A DNA stretch of 64,000 nt from Schizochytrium sp. TIO01 (GCA_004764695.1 SMSO01000025.1:1054001-1118000), one strand, 5' to 3'. Shown: positions 11,901-23,868, numbered from the stretch's first letter. Notes: a model not told the origin generated them from the letters alone. A program made the numbers and translations.

Positions 11901-13003
11901 ACCAGCCAGAACGCAAGTTCTTCGCTCCCAGTTACGAAGAGGAACTCCGCCGCAAACAGATTCATGCCTTGCGTATATCCATTCCTCCTATCGTGCACTG
12001 CGTACGCTCTCAAGATGTGTCGCAGTTTATTTCTCCACTCCTTCGCTTCATCCTCTGGCAACGAGTCCCACAGTGATCCAGATCTCGCGATATCCTTTTC
12101 AATTTGCACGCGTGCTGCTTCGTCGACCGCTTCGTCTGAGACATCCAGACTATCAAAGTATCCAGAGTCTGGGCTAAGAGCCGCCTCTGCGCGTAGCGCC
12201 ACAAGTCTCCATACCTCCACGCGCGCGCACCTTCCTCCGCCACGCTCTGTCAGCGCTGAAAAGGCTTCTAGGAGCTCCCTGAACAGCGGGTGCGAGTATG
12301 ACACCCGTCGACGTCTTCCAGGTAGGCCCGCGTGACCTCCCGCGGCCTGTACCTGCGCTGCCTTGTATTTACGCTTGCAGCCCTCTAGCACACGGAAGAG
12401 CAGGTCGCTTGAAACCACTTCGCGTCGCGCTCCATTCATGGCGTACTGCACGCCCGGGCCACCAGAATTGCAGTTTGGACCTTCAAAAGAACCAGAATTT
12501 GCATTCGTATTTAAATGTAGCGCCACTGCAGGGTCTGTGGAGAAATGGTGCAGGTTCTTGATCTTTGAAGTGGCCTGAGTTGAGATTAAAGATTCTTCAT
12601 TCGGTGTAGTGGCCGTTGGGTCTGTGAGGTGTGGGTTCTGCATTGAGCTTGAGTTGATGTATCTGCTGGAATTCAAAATACCTCTATTCGCGCTTGCACT
12701 ACGCATGGCGCTTCTCTTTGGCACCGGCGGCGGTACAAAGTGCGGGGTTCGTCTCGGTGGCGGCCCTGGATAAGTAGCCGCCTGTTGCTTATTAAAAGAT
12801 TGCGTCTGAGCGGCGTCGTGGACCTGGGCGCTGTCACCGCGGAGGCCATGCCCGTGCTCATGCTCATGCTCATGCCCAAGCTCCTGATCGCGTGAGCGCA
12901 GTTCCACGCCATGATCAACAGACGCGTGGGAGCTGCTCAATCCCGCATGCACGGGTGCCGGAGCGCTCATCAGCGGTGAGCGCGAAGGGTCCAAACCGCC
13001 CAT
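8936..13003 (-). CDS. TBC-domain Rab GTPase-activating protein, 1355 aa, single exon
   Basis: Intact arginine finger IEKDIAR (about 12083-12103) and glutamine finger GYTQGMN (about 11960-11980), followed by EELAFWL; long Ser-rich linkers and a helical C-terminus. Confidence 0.93.
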   Translation of the reverse strand: MGGLDPSRSPLMSAPAPVHAGLSSSHASVDHGVELRSRDQELGHEHEHEHGHGLRGDSAQVHDAAQTQSFNKQQAATYPGPPPRRTPHFVPPPVPKRSAMRSASANRGILNSSRYINSSSMQNPHLTDPTATTPNEESLISTQATSKIKNLHHFSTDPAVALHLNTNANSGSFEGPNCNSGGPGVQYAMNGARREVVSSDLLFRVLEGCKRKYKAAQVQAAGGHAGLPGRRRRVSYSHPLFRELLEAFSALTERGGGRCARVEVWRLVALRAEAALSPDSGYFDSLDVSDEAVDEAARVQIEKDIARSGSLWDSLPEDEAKEWRNKLRHILRAYAVHDRRNGYTQGMNLFAAEFLFVTGSEELAFWLVMHVCHTGRIAPDYFTADISGLKRDVWVLQQLLEQYFPELMAHLKKCELDVSYMFIGPLLSLFCSVLPPGSPRLHQFYDVMLANGETTLFAALLCFFKMNEPSLMQLSDAGSLMDSLNQSLETMQSDNSAFMETFHRSLLQWCMVLDPGTIADFRKCAPMHWCNMDLVMKMARERDQELLAAHANAAQMPTNSNSSTATSSATRYRLKIFAGLDRSSDRSSSDRSAGPSAHHHHTHSEPLLSPTSDYSSSAASAAATSPQAGGTAEGLTGSTRALNLRVVWVVSNLRNAFASAASEEYRQAAIATCKEILEANGYAELLLHQQSDLGRGPGTPMSASPLLPGSSKKSLSLKSGASKATSKDHQHGHTTSSAAADSTSNGNKVVATAERGATSTTAPLSSLTSSFSSRQGGSSREKTKLAHLSSSSSSSATSITEVEHFGGICHSTDVWRAPDSYLAMRALLEGLMDAVQDTSRDVSDTSPLKLLLDRLYLCLRTSRDVIPLYKNSSTLLTDLSKLLGRRGAERSSKVLPWRKKLRNVFRPRRSTSGHLQPNSSTSTATSAGATSTSSSSPMVALPPNANHSNNSGHTIGWTSNSAGSSGVSATLAATAAAISGGISGNALPSEDDFDDRDRHEWRTHLVLLLLALKLNAENREIRLYDALDEETGTRLSGLFEEIATTLRGDIETAILSASPVSSSSTTASQGATTRTNRLARPLSPSDESMPVHASDTEEEEETDPVTEFNHSIDYQLRLWSVDAGEALYMATWTNAREADLRSTEAALSAHRRFKSHAMVDSSATARIKTRSTAEGFSHAGLVSKKSRSRSTPTGHHIPDRASIPKLSREVPISRASLQRLDVHKVREISLANSQHWRALYWALRSNYHLILEMSQLADVATTLSCRSMIKELASVLHTCTYDMQAKLGDAARVDHIALQIETFHDLVSQQSADAESHANQVLLDDLSDQVKLCQKQEWREYLGDQLETIQGQLIL

Positions 13004-13069
13004 GAGGCACGGAGCACCGTGGCAGCCGAGGCTGCGAGTCTGCTTCCTCCTGGCTCTGTCTCTTTCCTC

Positions 13070-13070
<1 letters not shown>

Positions 13071-13114
<44 letters not shown>
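13071..13114 (+). repeat. (TTTC)11 microsatellite just upstream of the TBC gene
   Basis: Perfect tetranucleotide run. Confidence 0.95.
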
Positions 13115-13116
<2 letters not shown>

Positions 13117-15644
13117 TTTTTCAAGTTTATTCGTAAGCATAACTTGCTCTGTTTACTATACTACACCATCTATGTATAGGCCCTATACATTGTACAGGTC
13201 TATACACATTTTTTAAAGGTTAAAAGTGAAATGACGACTCGGAGTTGACTCGAATGAGAAGTGGTAGTGTTCCTGGTATATACCATCCATCAGTAGCTGG
13301 ATACACCAAAAATGGAAAAGCGAGAAGAACTAGGAAGAACTTGGAAGAGAGAGCTTGAGAGAAAGAAAGGAAAGAAGGAAGGAAGGACTTGAGTTGGGTT
13401 GAGTACTGTCGCGCTTGGTTATTTTCATCTTCTTTCATCTTCCTCGCCTCGACTGGTGCGAAGGCGCGTCAAAGCCTGCACGCTCGTCCATTTACCATAC
13501 TTTGCCATACTCTTCATGCCCTGTTATCCCAGAAAGGCCAGTTCTCCACACGGCTTCTGACTGGATTCCACCTGCATTGCTGGCCTCAAGTTCGTAGTTT
13601 AGCATCACTAGTTTCCGCTATGTAGTATAAATCAGTTGGTTTATTGATTGTTTTTCGCGCTCCTTTTCATTTTTCTAACTTTCAATTAAAAAAATAAAGT
13701 AGATTGAAATAAATGAGAATTGAAATGTATAGTTTCTAAAAAGCGGATTTTTGGTCAATGCAACGCGAACATAACATGCGCTGTCACATGGTGCATGAAA
13801 CAAGCACAGACACATTCATATGACTCATTTGCCCAGAAACGAAGAAGAACTCGAGAAAAGACATGGCTTAAATAGCAAGTTAGCTAAGATGGAGGCAAAC
13901 CTCCTTAAGGGTCCAGTAGACGTCTTGGTAAGTGAGTTCAAAGAGGAGAACACTGGTGAAAACGAGTGAGAGAGATCACAGGAACTAAGGAATTCGTCGC
14001 GGGGAATAGTAGCAGGATCGGTGCACGCTGTCTGCATTCATTATTCTACTACTAATCACCTCGAGTCGGGCTTTGCAGAAGCAAGAAGCGCAGAAATTTA
14101 GAAAAATAAAGAATTCCAAAGAAGAACCCTTGACACCCAATAGACTTTCAGAGGACTTTTTCTTCTTTAGGTATCCATATAACTAACTTAATTGATGAGG
14201 GGTATAGAAATAATAAAAAATTGAAAACATAATATTGAGGTTATTTTTATTTTAATAAATAAATTAATATATATATACAGGCCTATGTTTATGTTTATTT
14301 ATTTTTAAATGAAGGAATGGGGCGTGAAGGACCACCAGCACAGCGCAAAGGACGCTAGCTAGCTGATCAAAAGGAAAGCAGCTAGCTGCGGCAGTGGAGG
14401 CGCAGGTGGTACAGATGATACTTTCGCACTGAGAAAGGGCTCGGCAAATTGTTCGCCTCCTCGCTCGCTCGAGTTTACTCAAGCTAAGTTATATATTCAG
14501 AACTGGCCAGCAAGGGCTGGTTTTCTGTGAAGGGAAACGGGGATTTTATTCGTTCAAACTGAAGGTCTTTGCTAAGTAGAGAAAGAAAAAAGAAAAGGGA
14601 AAAGATCAAAGACCCTGGAGCAGCATCAAATACAAACCAGAGATGTTCAGGTTCTGCTCCTCTGGTGCCTTATTGTCGTTAGAGTTCGTAGTTGAGGTGA
14701 AAAGGGCTGACCTCCACCTTTGATACATCATTTATTCACCCCTCGCTTTTAGAGATGGTTTTTCGAGTCTACAAAAATAAAATTTAAAAAGTTTCAATAT
14801 GGAAAGCAATCCATAACAATAAGGGAATCTGGCATAAGAACCCCAAAGCTTGCGAAGCTTCTCCGCATAGGATTAAATTTAAGCAAACAAATCATGCTTG
14901 AACACCACTCTGGTGGTTTCACAGACAGTATGCAGTCTTGTTACCTATATCTACTGCTTTCTTGACCTTGCCAATTAAGTAAGCGAGCTGCGTCTCGTCT
15001 CCGCTTTCCCATCCACAAGGGCCAAAACTAAAATCAGTAAGTGCTAAAACCATCTATTACTCGCTGTAATGTGCTCTTCTTTGCCATCCTGCTACCTACT
15101 TCAAAGATCATCAATAAAACATTGAACGCCTTCTCGCTTGAAAAAGTTAATATGTATAGATAGCGCCGACCTATTTACTAAATGCCCAAGTAGGCATGTA
15201 CCTACCTAACAGCTACTACAGCAAGGCCGCCAGGAGGCCGCGTCAAGGCCCTTGAGGTCTTTCCGAGGACGAGCGCAAGGAAGCCGTAGAGCAGCGCCAG
15301 CTCTGCGCAGGCCTCCGCTCCGGGTGACGCCAGCCACTCGTGCTGGAGGCCTGCCTGTCCAAATGGGCATTGGGCTGCCTGCGATGGAAAGTAAGCAACG
15401 TCAAGCTCGCTGTGCTCTACGTCCATCTGGGCTTCTCAGAATCGTGTTCTGTGCCAAGCAGCACAAGGTATTTTATCTTCCCAACTGTCGATCTTTGTCT
15501 GCCTCCTGCAAGTTCTCCTTCGAGCCGTCCTCTCGTCCGCGGACAGACTGGCCAAGAACATTCCGCGCAGAGTACGCCGCTCCTGCGAGGTCTGCGAGCC
15601 CGCTGGCTCCGGCTTCGCGCCTTGGGCGGCCCAAAGAAGCAAAA

Positions 15645-15711
15645 TTCGAAGATTGAAACTCGAATTTCAAGTCGAAATTCGAAATTCGAAATTCGAAATT
15701 CAAAATTCAAA
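15645..15711. promoter_or_regulatory. Heptamer (AAATTCG/AAATTCA) array forming a cluster of TTCGAA/TTCAAA CHR-like motifs
   Basis: Four TTCGAA, two TTCAAA and one TTCAAG in 67 bp, next to a GC-rich segment (15220-15640). The repeat is certain; the function is inferred. Confidence 0.4.
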
Positions 15712-16211
15712 AACCTTCGTTGCTGATCCAAAAAACCTTCTTTCGTCCTTTCTTGCTACTGCTAACCACCATCTAGCACTTATGATACAATTAGGCTCAC
15801 GAACCCCTCGCATAGCGGACCTCGCTTAGCTCAATATAGGAGATAAGTTCTCCTGCGACACAAGCCATGGGTCTAAACCTCTTACAGAGAGAGAAGGAGA
15901 GTGGACCGATTATATGCTTGCTATTACCAGAACATTCCGGTTTCATGATTGTGAAGTGGTGGAGAGTTCTGCGGTCAGTTAATAAGCGGTCACCTTTGCG
16001 AGAGTATGTCTCTCCGGCTGGCTAGCTAGCTAGGATTTTCAAAACCGAAAGTGTTTCTTCTGCTCTCTTGTGTCAATCATTCTCCGTCGTTCGCTATTCC
16101 TCCTCTGCGTTCGAAGCAGCGGCCGCAAAACTATGCATGCCTGTCTCCCTCTGCCTCCTTTGGATAGTCAATTGATAACAAGTGCCTAGACGAATAAATG
16201 AATACGCGAAT

Positions 16212-16242
16212 AAACAAACAAACAAACAAACAAACAAACAAA
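16212..16242 (+). repeat. (AAAC)n microsatellite
   Basis: Perfect run. Confidence 0.95.
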
Positions 16243-17249
16243 TCAACAGCTTACCTTCGAGACCTTGAAGCTTTCTAAATGGCGGTTAAAAGCCAAGCAC
16301 TTACTAAGTAGGGTTGCTGTTGTTTATTTAAAAACCTCCTTTTTCTATGGGAAAGTATTTATTCTCCTATAATATTTGCTTGTTATTCAGTTTTGATTCT
16401 TTACTATTTTTTGATATGATTACTATTTTAATTCAAGAAGAGAAAAGAAAAGAAAAGATGAAAAAATAGTTGTCCTTTTTCGTTGCTGATATGGAAAGTG
16501 GCCCGTGCCGCCGCCCGTGCCGCCTTGCCTGGAGGAATCGCTCGTGCACATCCCTCGCTCTGGGTGCACCTGCGACCTCACTTCGCTTGCGTTGCGTGGG
16601 CCTGCAATCCTCATGGAGAGCCATGCACAAGGTACCTAGGGTTTATGAATTGACGTTTTCAAGGTTGACTTTGTTTGCGTGTATTGAGTCCTCCCAGAAA
16701 CGAAGTTCCTCCGTGGGCGAATAACTAACTTGAAGAGAACCCTCAAACGTTCTACGTTGAGATGGCAGAAGCGGGCCAAGGTAATCAAGAGCAAAGGTAC
16801 AAAGAGATGTCCTGAAGCGAATGGGGTTCTGGGATCTTCACGTGCGTGCAGGCATTCAAGCGAGTTCCACTCTAAAACCAGAACCACGACGATGTTCTGA
16901 TTCTATTTCACCCTTCGATCACTTTTACGAGAAAAATCCGCACAACGTGGATCTATCTACCTACTACTTTTAGTACATAGTAGCTACGGGCCGAAGTATT
17001 TAATTTTATTTTTAATATCTGTGTATTTTAATTTTTATAAAATATACTTTGAAGCTGCAAATAAATCATTTTTTCTTTTTCATCGCAACGTTTCTGGTTT
17101 CTGGGAGCGAAAAAAGCCTTTGGAGAAGACAGCGCGAAGCTCGTTTTTCGTTGTTCAGGACACGCCAACCAAGGTCCTGACCTTCAAGTTCGTGACTTCA
17201 CCGTCTGTGGCGCTGTTTTAATCGCCCCTCTGGCCATGTTGGTTTCCTT

Positions 17250-18004
17250 AGGCCCTGCCGACCTGGGCAAGAAGCGTGGCGGGCGAGGTTGAAAACAGAC
17301 TCGACCAAAGAGCGCTCCATGCTGATGCTTGTTCGTTGCAGACCTTTGCAAGAGGCAGCGCCACCACTAATGTCTTCAGACAGACCGTATACTGTCATAA
17401 CACATCGACGCGGATAGACAGCTCGGCTCGTGGGCCTTTTCAAAGCCTCACCATCAATGGCTTAAGTTGTGCTGTTCTTGCGAGAGTGCTTGTGATGCGA
17501 TCGGAGATGCAGGAACAAATACCTTTCCATGAGTGTTCCTTTAAGATTGTCTGCGCTCGCTATTCTGAACGGGCGATGTGCATGAAAATGGCCAGGTCCA
17601 TAAAATGCAAAAATGCATTGACTTCTGATGCATGAGCCCAATATTCATGATCCATATTTCTATGGGACGCAACATGCAAATTTATCAAAGGGTGGTGCTC
17701 TATTGCAACCGCGGAAAGGCTCGCGTATGTAAAGTCAGCGTAAGGGCTCAGCGAGGACATCGCAGGCTTAACTATCGAAAGCAACGAACGCGTTGCCACT
17801 TTCTGCGGCAACTTCAGCGCCCTCTGCCGAACGCTGTGCAACGAGATCACGCACGTCCTGGTACTGCACAAAACTTTGCGTCAAGGTACCACTCGAATGT
17901 TTAGCAAATTTCGTATGTCCTCTTGAAATCATGCAGGCAGACGATCCCCAGAAAAGATCTCGCGAGACGACCGGAGTTAGTTTTATCATCTTCAGCCCAT
18001 TCAT
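17250..18004. pseudogene. Possible decayed coding relic, product unknown
   Basis: Several overlapping 78-119 codon frames on both strands; one plus frame has only three internal stops over about 225 codons; no domain recognised. Confidence 0.25.
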
Positions 18005-19200
18005 TCATGCTGCCCCTCTTCAATTTACTATTTATTTCGAGGAGGAGAACAACTTTCTGACTCCCTGAAATGCGAGCGCAAGTCCAACAGTTCTTGCCCA
18101 ATTATCCAACCAGCGTCTCCAGCGTCTCCAGACCGCCACTCATCTGGATTGGTGGGCACGCCGCCAACCAGTGAGCCTGGGTTGGAAGCACGGCATTACA
18201 AGCAAGCTGCGAGTTTCTTGTAGCTTGGAGTGCACGGGCTTGCACGCACGCTCATTTGCTGACTCTCTAACCCGGTAGCTTGCAAGCTTCCTTGCCTGCT
18301 TGTCAATTTTAATTAATGCAACTACATTTGTTCTGAGAATGAGCAGTGGTTGGCAACGCGCCAAGGAAGGTACTACTAACTAATATGGGTAGCTTAGTAG
18401 CAGGAGGTAGTTTGTCTCTGGTGGGATCACTGGTAGTAAAGACAGACCCAGAATGTTTTCCTCGTTGTTCTTTCTTTTCTCCAATCTTAGAATACTGGGT
18501 CCGCAGCTGCATGCTATCTGGGCAGAAACTACCAACGAGGGCGAGAGGACAGCACGCAGCATGGGAGGTGGCGGTGTCAATTAGGTAGTAACAGGGCAAA
18601 CTCCTCCAGCTCCTCATCCATGAGCTGCAAAGCCCTAATCGAAAAATAAAAAAGAGAAAGATAATTGATCATAATATAGATCATATATTTTACTATGTTT
18701 CATAAAAAATTAGATATAAGTTTTAAATCAAGTTTTAATTTATTAAAACAAAAAAAAGTAAAAAAGAAAAGTAAAAGTAGAAAAAAATATCTCCCAACAA
18801 ACCTCATCAGGCGAATATGAGGAAACAGTAAGGGAGAATTGCTGGTAGGTCACAAGGCACTTGGACGCCGGGCTCAAAATCGATAGCTGCCAACGGGACT
18901 GGCGATGATTGCTGAGGACAGCGCCGACACGAACTTTCAAACGTCCTTATAGTGACTATTATAGAAGCTCCAAACTCCAAGTTGATAATCCATGGAACGG
19001 CACTCAAAATTTGCATTTTTTGTTTATCCGAATGGAAAGTGATTCCAGCGTTCGCGTGGATGATGTAACAGACAGACACACTCACTCACACCGTGACTTA
19101 AAACTTAATGTAACTTGAATTACTGCTGAAGTGCATCGAGCTTATGCTTTAGTGCACACTTAGTCTCGCTGTCTGCTGGCATCGATTTTAAATATGACGA

Positions 19201-19824
19201 AAGCATCCTGCAGCAAGGCCAGCGAGAGCTGTGATAGTTTCATGTTGAACTAGCAATTTGATCGCAAGCGTGGCCGTGGCGTGTTACTATAACTCTCACC
19301 AATCCCTTGATATAGTAGTCGGGGCACAGATGCTTTTCAGGATGTGGGCTCTGCGCTGTGCCAAAATGGCCGAACCTTATATGGCTGAGGCTCAAAGTTG
19401 CTGTGCGCGCAGAGACGAAGATAGAAAGTGGCTTGCCATAGTACTATTGTGCAGTTGATTGTTTGCAAGAAGCTTTCTTTCTTCCGTGCTCAACCTGCAC
19501 ACCCAGAATTCGGAGACCGCAGTGGTGTATCAATGTGAAAAATATAACCCTATGTTTGGAGGCGGTACCAAGGTTTGAAGTCGCTGCCGCTTCTCAAATG
19601 GTATGGCAAGATGGTGGCGACTACTAGTTTACATGGCCGACTTTATCTCTGCAACGCACACTCTCGCAAGAAGTCGTTCTAACTTCGTTTATATAGAACC
19701 TGAAAGGATCCAGGCAGAAAAGGCAAAAGAACCATTGGTGAATGGCATGCCATTGTACAGCAAGCTGGCCAAAAAGCAAGAAACCGAGAGAGCCTCAAGA
19801 ACTACGAAACAAAACAATTTTTAA
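19201..19824 (+). pseudogene. Possible PAP2-family (lipid phosphate phosphatase-like) relic
   Basis: ORFs 19258..19458 and 19603..19824 share one frame interrupted by TGA codons. VAVACYYNSHQSLDIVVGA resembles the PAP2 C3 motif SRxxxxxHxxxDVxxG, but the Arg is absent and the spacing is imperfect. Confidence 0.2.
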
Positions 19825-20798
19825 ATCTCAACCTAGTACAACAGAAAACAGTAACTACAAGCTTATCCTGTTTATTTTCTGAACAAGAGATCTCCTCCAC
19901 CCATTCTGACACGATGTAGGGAGAACGAAAGCCGAAGGGATGTAAATTTACTATTTAGCTAACCATCTAATTCACGAATAAAACCAGAGTTTTAGGAGCC
20001 GAGCCTCCAGTTCGAAAGAAGAAAGTCTAAAAAACTAACAAAATGCCCTGATTGAGCATGATCTTCCAACGTTCGAGCAAGAAGACAGCTACTATCCTGA
20101 GCCCTCTTTGCTCAGCTTCAGAAAAAATCAGATGCTGTAAAAGATCTCGCAACACTTTGCCAGGATGATTAGTACTTTTGAATTGCAAGCCCTCCAAAAA
20201 ATATGTGAGGAAAGCAATTCCCAGGAATTTCTTCCGCACGAGACCGTATAACTGCGTTGCTTCTACTTCCGCACCACAAGTGATTAATATTCGTGCTAAC
20301 TATGGAACTCCTGGGCTGTTGAATATTAGAGTTTCCAGGATGGAAAGTGGTCCGAAGCATCCGAGATGTCCGAAAAGATCTACATAATGACAGTAATGAA
20401 TAGAAACACGACTTTGCAATAAAGAGAAAATAAATGAACTGAGTATTCGCGGGAGAACGCGAATTAAAGGGGAAAGAACAAATTGTAATACTGACAGACA
20501 TCTTCAAACAGCATGAGAGACGCGAAAATCAAAAGACATGTAGAGCTTTGAAAAGAATTCATTCGCAATTGTGCTATTAATTGCTTTCATCATCATCGTC
20601 GTCGTCGTCATCATCATCTTCGTCATCATCAACAACATAAGGAAAAACATGCTCCAGATCATTCTGTTTCTTTCCACACTATGAATTTCAAACAAGACAA
20701 TAAAGTAAGGGGAATCAAACTTCGTGGTATTCTTGGAAAATTATCACCCAGTTCATATATTTCAATGAAGTGAGAATTGTAAATTTTCGATTGCTCAA

Positions 20799-23700
20799 TC
20801 ACTGGTCATCAAGAAATGAAAGATCAACTGAAACGTTGATATCCAGAGGCATTGACCCTTGACGGGATAGTACGAACTCCTGGCCCATCGACTGTGTCCG
20901 CAGCGATGGTAATAGCTCCTCTTGGTCTTGCGAACGAGTGTTCGATGCCTGAAACACCGAAGTGAGTGTTGAGCTCACTTCCTTTACCCCACCTTGCTGC
21001 TGCTGTTGAGGCAGAACATGGTTCCGGTGCGGATCGTAGACTCCGAGATCTTTGGATGAAACCGTTGAGGCTGTCGAAGGAGAGGATGTCAGGGATGTGA
21101 AAGGTGAAGTTTCGAAACCACTGTAACTCGTACACCATGGATTGGCGATAGGTTCTAGTGATGGCCTACTCGAAGTGGTTTCTGAGCTAGCAGTGCTGCT
21201 TGTGCTGCAGGAGCCCATGCTGCGTCGATTCCCTTCTTGATGGTGCAGAGTACTCGCAAATCCCAGCGGAGAAGACGTTGAACTGCTCCGCGATCCTAAA
21301 TATTCACCTTTCGAATTGACCTCAGATGATGCAAACGTGCTTCCGGCTTGAAGAGGCTGGAAATGATGTTGCTGCATATTCCTGCCGTCGCTATTGTGAT
21401 GATAATCTTGAAGATTCTGAGAATCAAAGTAGAATTCGTTGTAAGTAAGCCGATCCGGGGAAGAGGTCGCTGACTCGAGCAGGGGCGTCGGAGATCGGGA
21501 GCCTGAAGACGCAACAGTGATTCCACTGTTCGCATTGTTTCGATGCTTATTTCCTCTGTGCCCGCCATGCTTGGAAACTTGGCGTGGAGAAGGAGATCCA
21601 TGAAATCCTGACAAGGGCGAGGCAGCGCCAAGAGTAAGGTTTGTCGGGCTTTGCTGACCTCTTGGCTTTTTGTGGTTATTGCTGCTGCTATTGCGAGGCG
21701 TTGTGGAGCTCCGCGGGAAGTGTCCAGACTTATGAGAGTTGAAATGACCAGATGAAGCATTCGAAGATGTCCGTGTTGTAGGAGAAGGTGGAGGAAAATT
21801 GGATGAACGGTATAAACTTGGAGCGGAAGGATTCTTCGTAGACTTGCCTGGAGTACCAGCAAAGTGGCGCGGAGAAGGAACGGACTTGTGATGATTAACA
21901 CATTTCTGTGAGTGCGGGTATGACCTACATTGCTCTTCAGAGTGACAACGACTACGAGGGGTATTCAATTTGCATTCGCCGTTTTCGTTGTTTTGTCCGG
22001 TAGCTACAGTATGTTGATGACGACCGGCACCCGCATGTCGACTGGGATACTGGTCAGTGAGCACGCGACGACGTGGACCGTTTTCTCCTTTTGAGTGTGA
22101 AGAATCTGCACGATGAGACCGCCCATGACGTTTCTGCGCTGAAGAGAAAAACTGTTTAGTTTGTTTTTTGTTTCCACTAGTGGCGGTGCTCCATTTCTGT
22201 TCAGGATCCTTAGAATCAGTAAAATCAGCTACATCTGCAGCGGAGGTGATCAGGGGTGTAGGCTTCCGCCGACTCTTGCGATCACGTACCTGCTGGAACG
22301 TTTCACCTGAGGAGTCTGTATTGCTCACCGATTCCTTACCAAATTTCTTTTTACTAGACATGCTCTGGTTAGCACACATAACTGAACAAACTCGATGCTC
22401 CGCCTCGAGAAGCGCGCCTAAGGAGAGTCCACCCGGTTCCCCATAGAATTCAAACCCTGTTGCAAATGTAACACAGTATTCAACTAATTGTTGCAACCGA
22501 TGTGCAAATTGCATACGTTCATTTCTTTCATTTACTGAAATATCGGTGTACAATGCATTTGTATGATGAAAACCTTGCGTCCTTTGCAGTTGTTTTGTTC
22601 CATTCGCTTCCGTGTTCCGAGCCTTATAGTCCTCTTCAAGATGAGTAGTGACAATACGACGACACAACCGTGGCGAGAATTGGCAAGCATGCTCGGCCAC
22701 CATCTCCCGCATGAACATCTCTGCATCCTCAGGGTACCCGATGCTCCAACAGCAGGTCACAAGTCTGTTCTCGCGAGTTCTGCAGCTTAGTCTTGCTGAG
22801 ATGGGCCTCCAAGACTTTCAGTACATTGCGCATATAAGCAGGACTCATTCGTGCATCAGCTAGTTTTAATGCCGCATCAAATATTTTGCCAGTGTCTTTC
22901 TCGCTGATACCTTTCAGAAAATCTTCCTCTCCCAGGGTTCGTAGCAGCTCGTCAAATGCACTATCCCCAGAAGCCAAGGCACGTGTTCGCCGCGTACCTG
23001 CACGTGCTAGCAATTTTGATGATGACAGCTCTCCCAGGTTAGACACAGACTCTGTCACTGGCTCAACCCGTTCAACAAGGTCGCGCCAGAGTAGAGGTGA
23101 TGCGTGGTAGACATTGGCAATTTCCTGCGGTTCCAAATATTCAAGAAGTATACAAAATGGATTGTGTCTTTGCGAGGTGAGGCGGTTTTGATCTCCGTGT
23201 TTTCGTGCTTTAGATGCGGAAGGAGATTGCAATAGCGAGTTTGACAAAGAAGATACTAAAGAAGAAGAAGAATCTCGTAATGGTCCAGACGAGAATGCAG
23301 AAGAAGATGAAGGTTTTGATGATGAGACTTGACGTGAAGGCTCTGCTGACGCTGATTCTGACGGTAATAATGATAATGACAAGGCCGAAACTACTTTAGT
23401 TTCTGTCAGTTTTGAAATTCTCTCCAATATTGACTCCACGCGTGACTTGGCCATAGATTTCAAGGCAGATTTGGTTTCGACTACATCCAGAACTCTAGCA
23501 TCACTTCTCCTCTCCTCCTGTGTCCATGCATCTTGCAGCGTTGCCGTAGACTGGCTGGACTCCTCCCCTGAGCGCCGCCTTATTTTCTGCTTCAAAGGCA
23601 ATCCAGAGTCTTGCTTTGGATTTGATTCTGTCTGTTTCACAGGCGCGTTTTCGTGGTTTTCACGACAGGTCTGTCCGTAACATTGGCCATCAAGATGCCA

Positions 23701-23826
23701 TTTCCGCGCCAGCAGACGGCGGGCCGCCTCCAGGAGCCAAATCAACGCTGAGGCGGCCACCAGATAAGCAGCAGCTACTGCTAGCTGCTCCACCAGCACC
23801 GCGTGGCCCTCCGCTGCCACCGCCAT
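20799..23826 (-). CDS. N-terminal TM + F-box-like protein encoded in two frames: ORF1 23826..22729 (365 aa) plus a +1-frame continuation to 20799 (643 aa); about 1008 aa if fused
   Basis: First ATG at 23826 (MAVAAEGH...), hydrophobic segment LAVAAAYLVAASALIWLL, F-box-like NPFCILLEYLEPQEIANVYHASPLLWRDLV. ORF1 ends GTA CCC TGA; the +1 frame continues EDAEMFMREMVAEHACQF... into a helical region and a long S/H/Q-rich disordered tail. Confidence 0.8.
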
Positions 23827-23868
23827 CGTAGACTCCAACCGCTCGATGGCGAGTGGTTTTGCGCAGAT

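Noticed and set aside
9562-12918. Many 60-153 aa ORFs overlapping the TBC gene
   Set aside because: Off-frame or antisense by-products of a long GC-balanced CDS.
15645-15711. Heat-shock element interpretation of the GAA/TTC array
   Set aside because: Spacing is GAA-n-TTC with a 7-bp period, not the nGAAn 5-bp inverted units of an HSE.
21296-21901. 201-aa alternative-frame ORF inside the F-box-like gene tail
   Set aside because: Leu/Arg-rich off-frame reading of a Ser/Pro-rich region.
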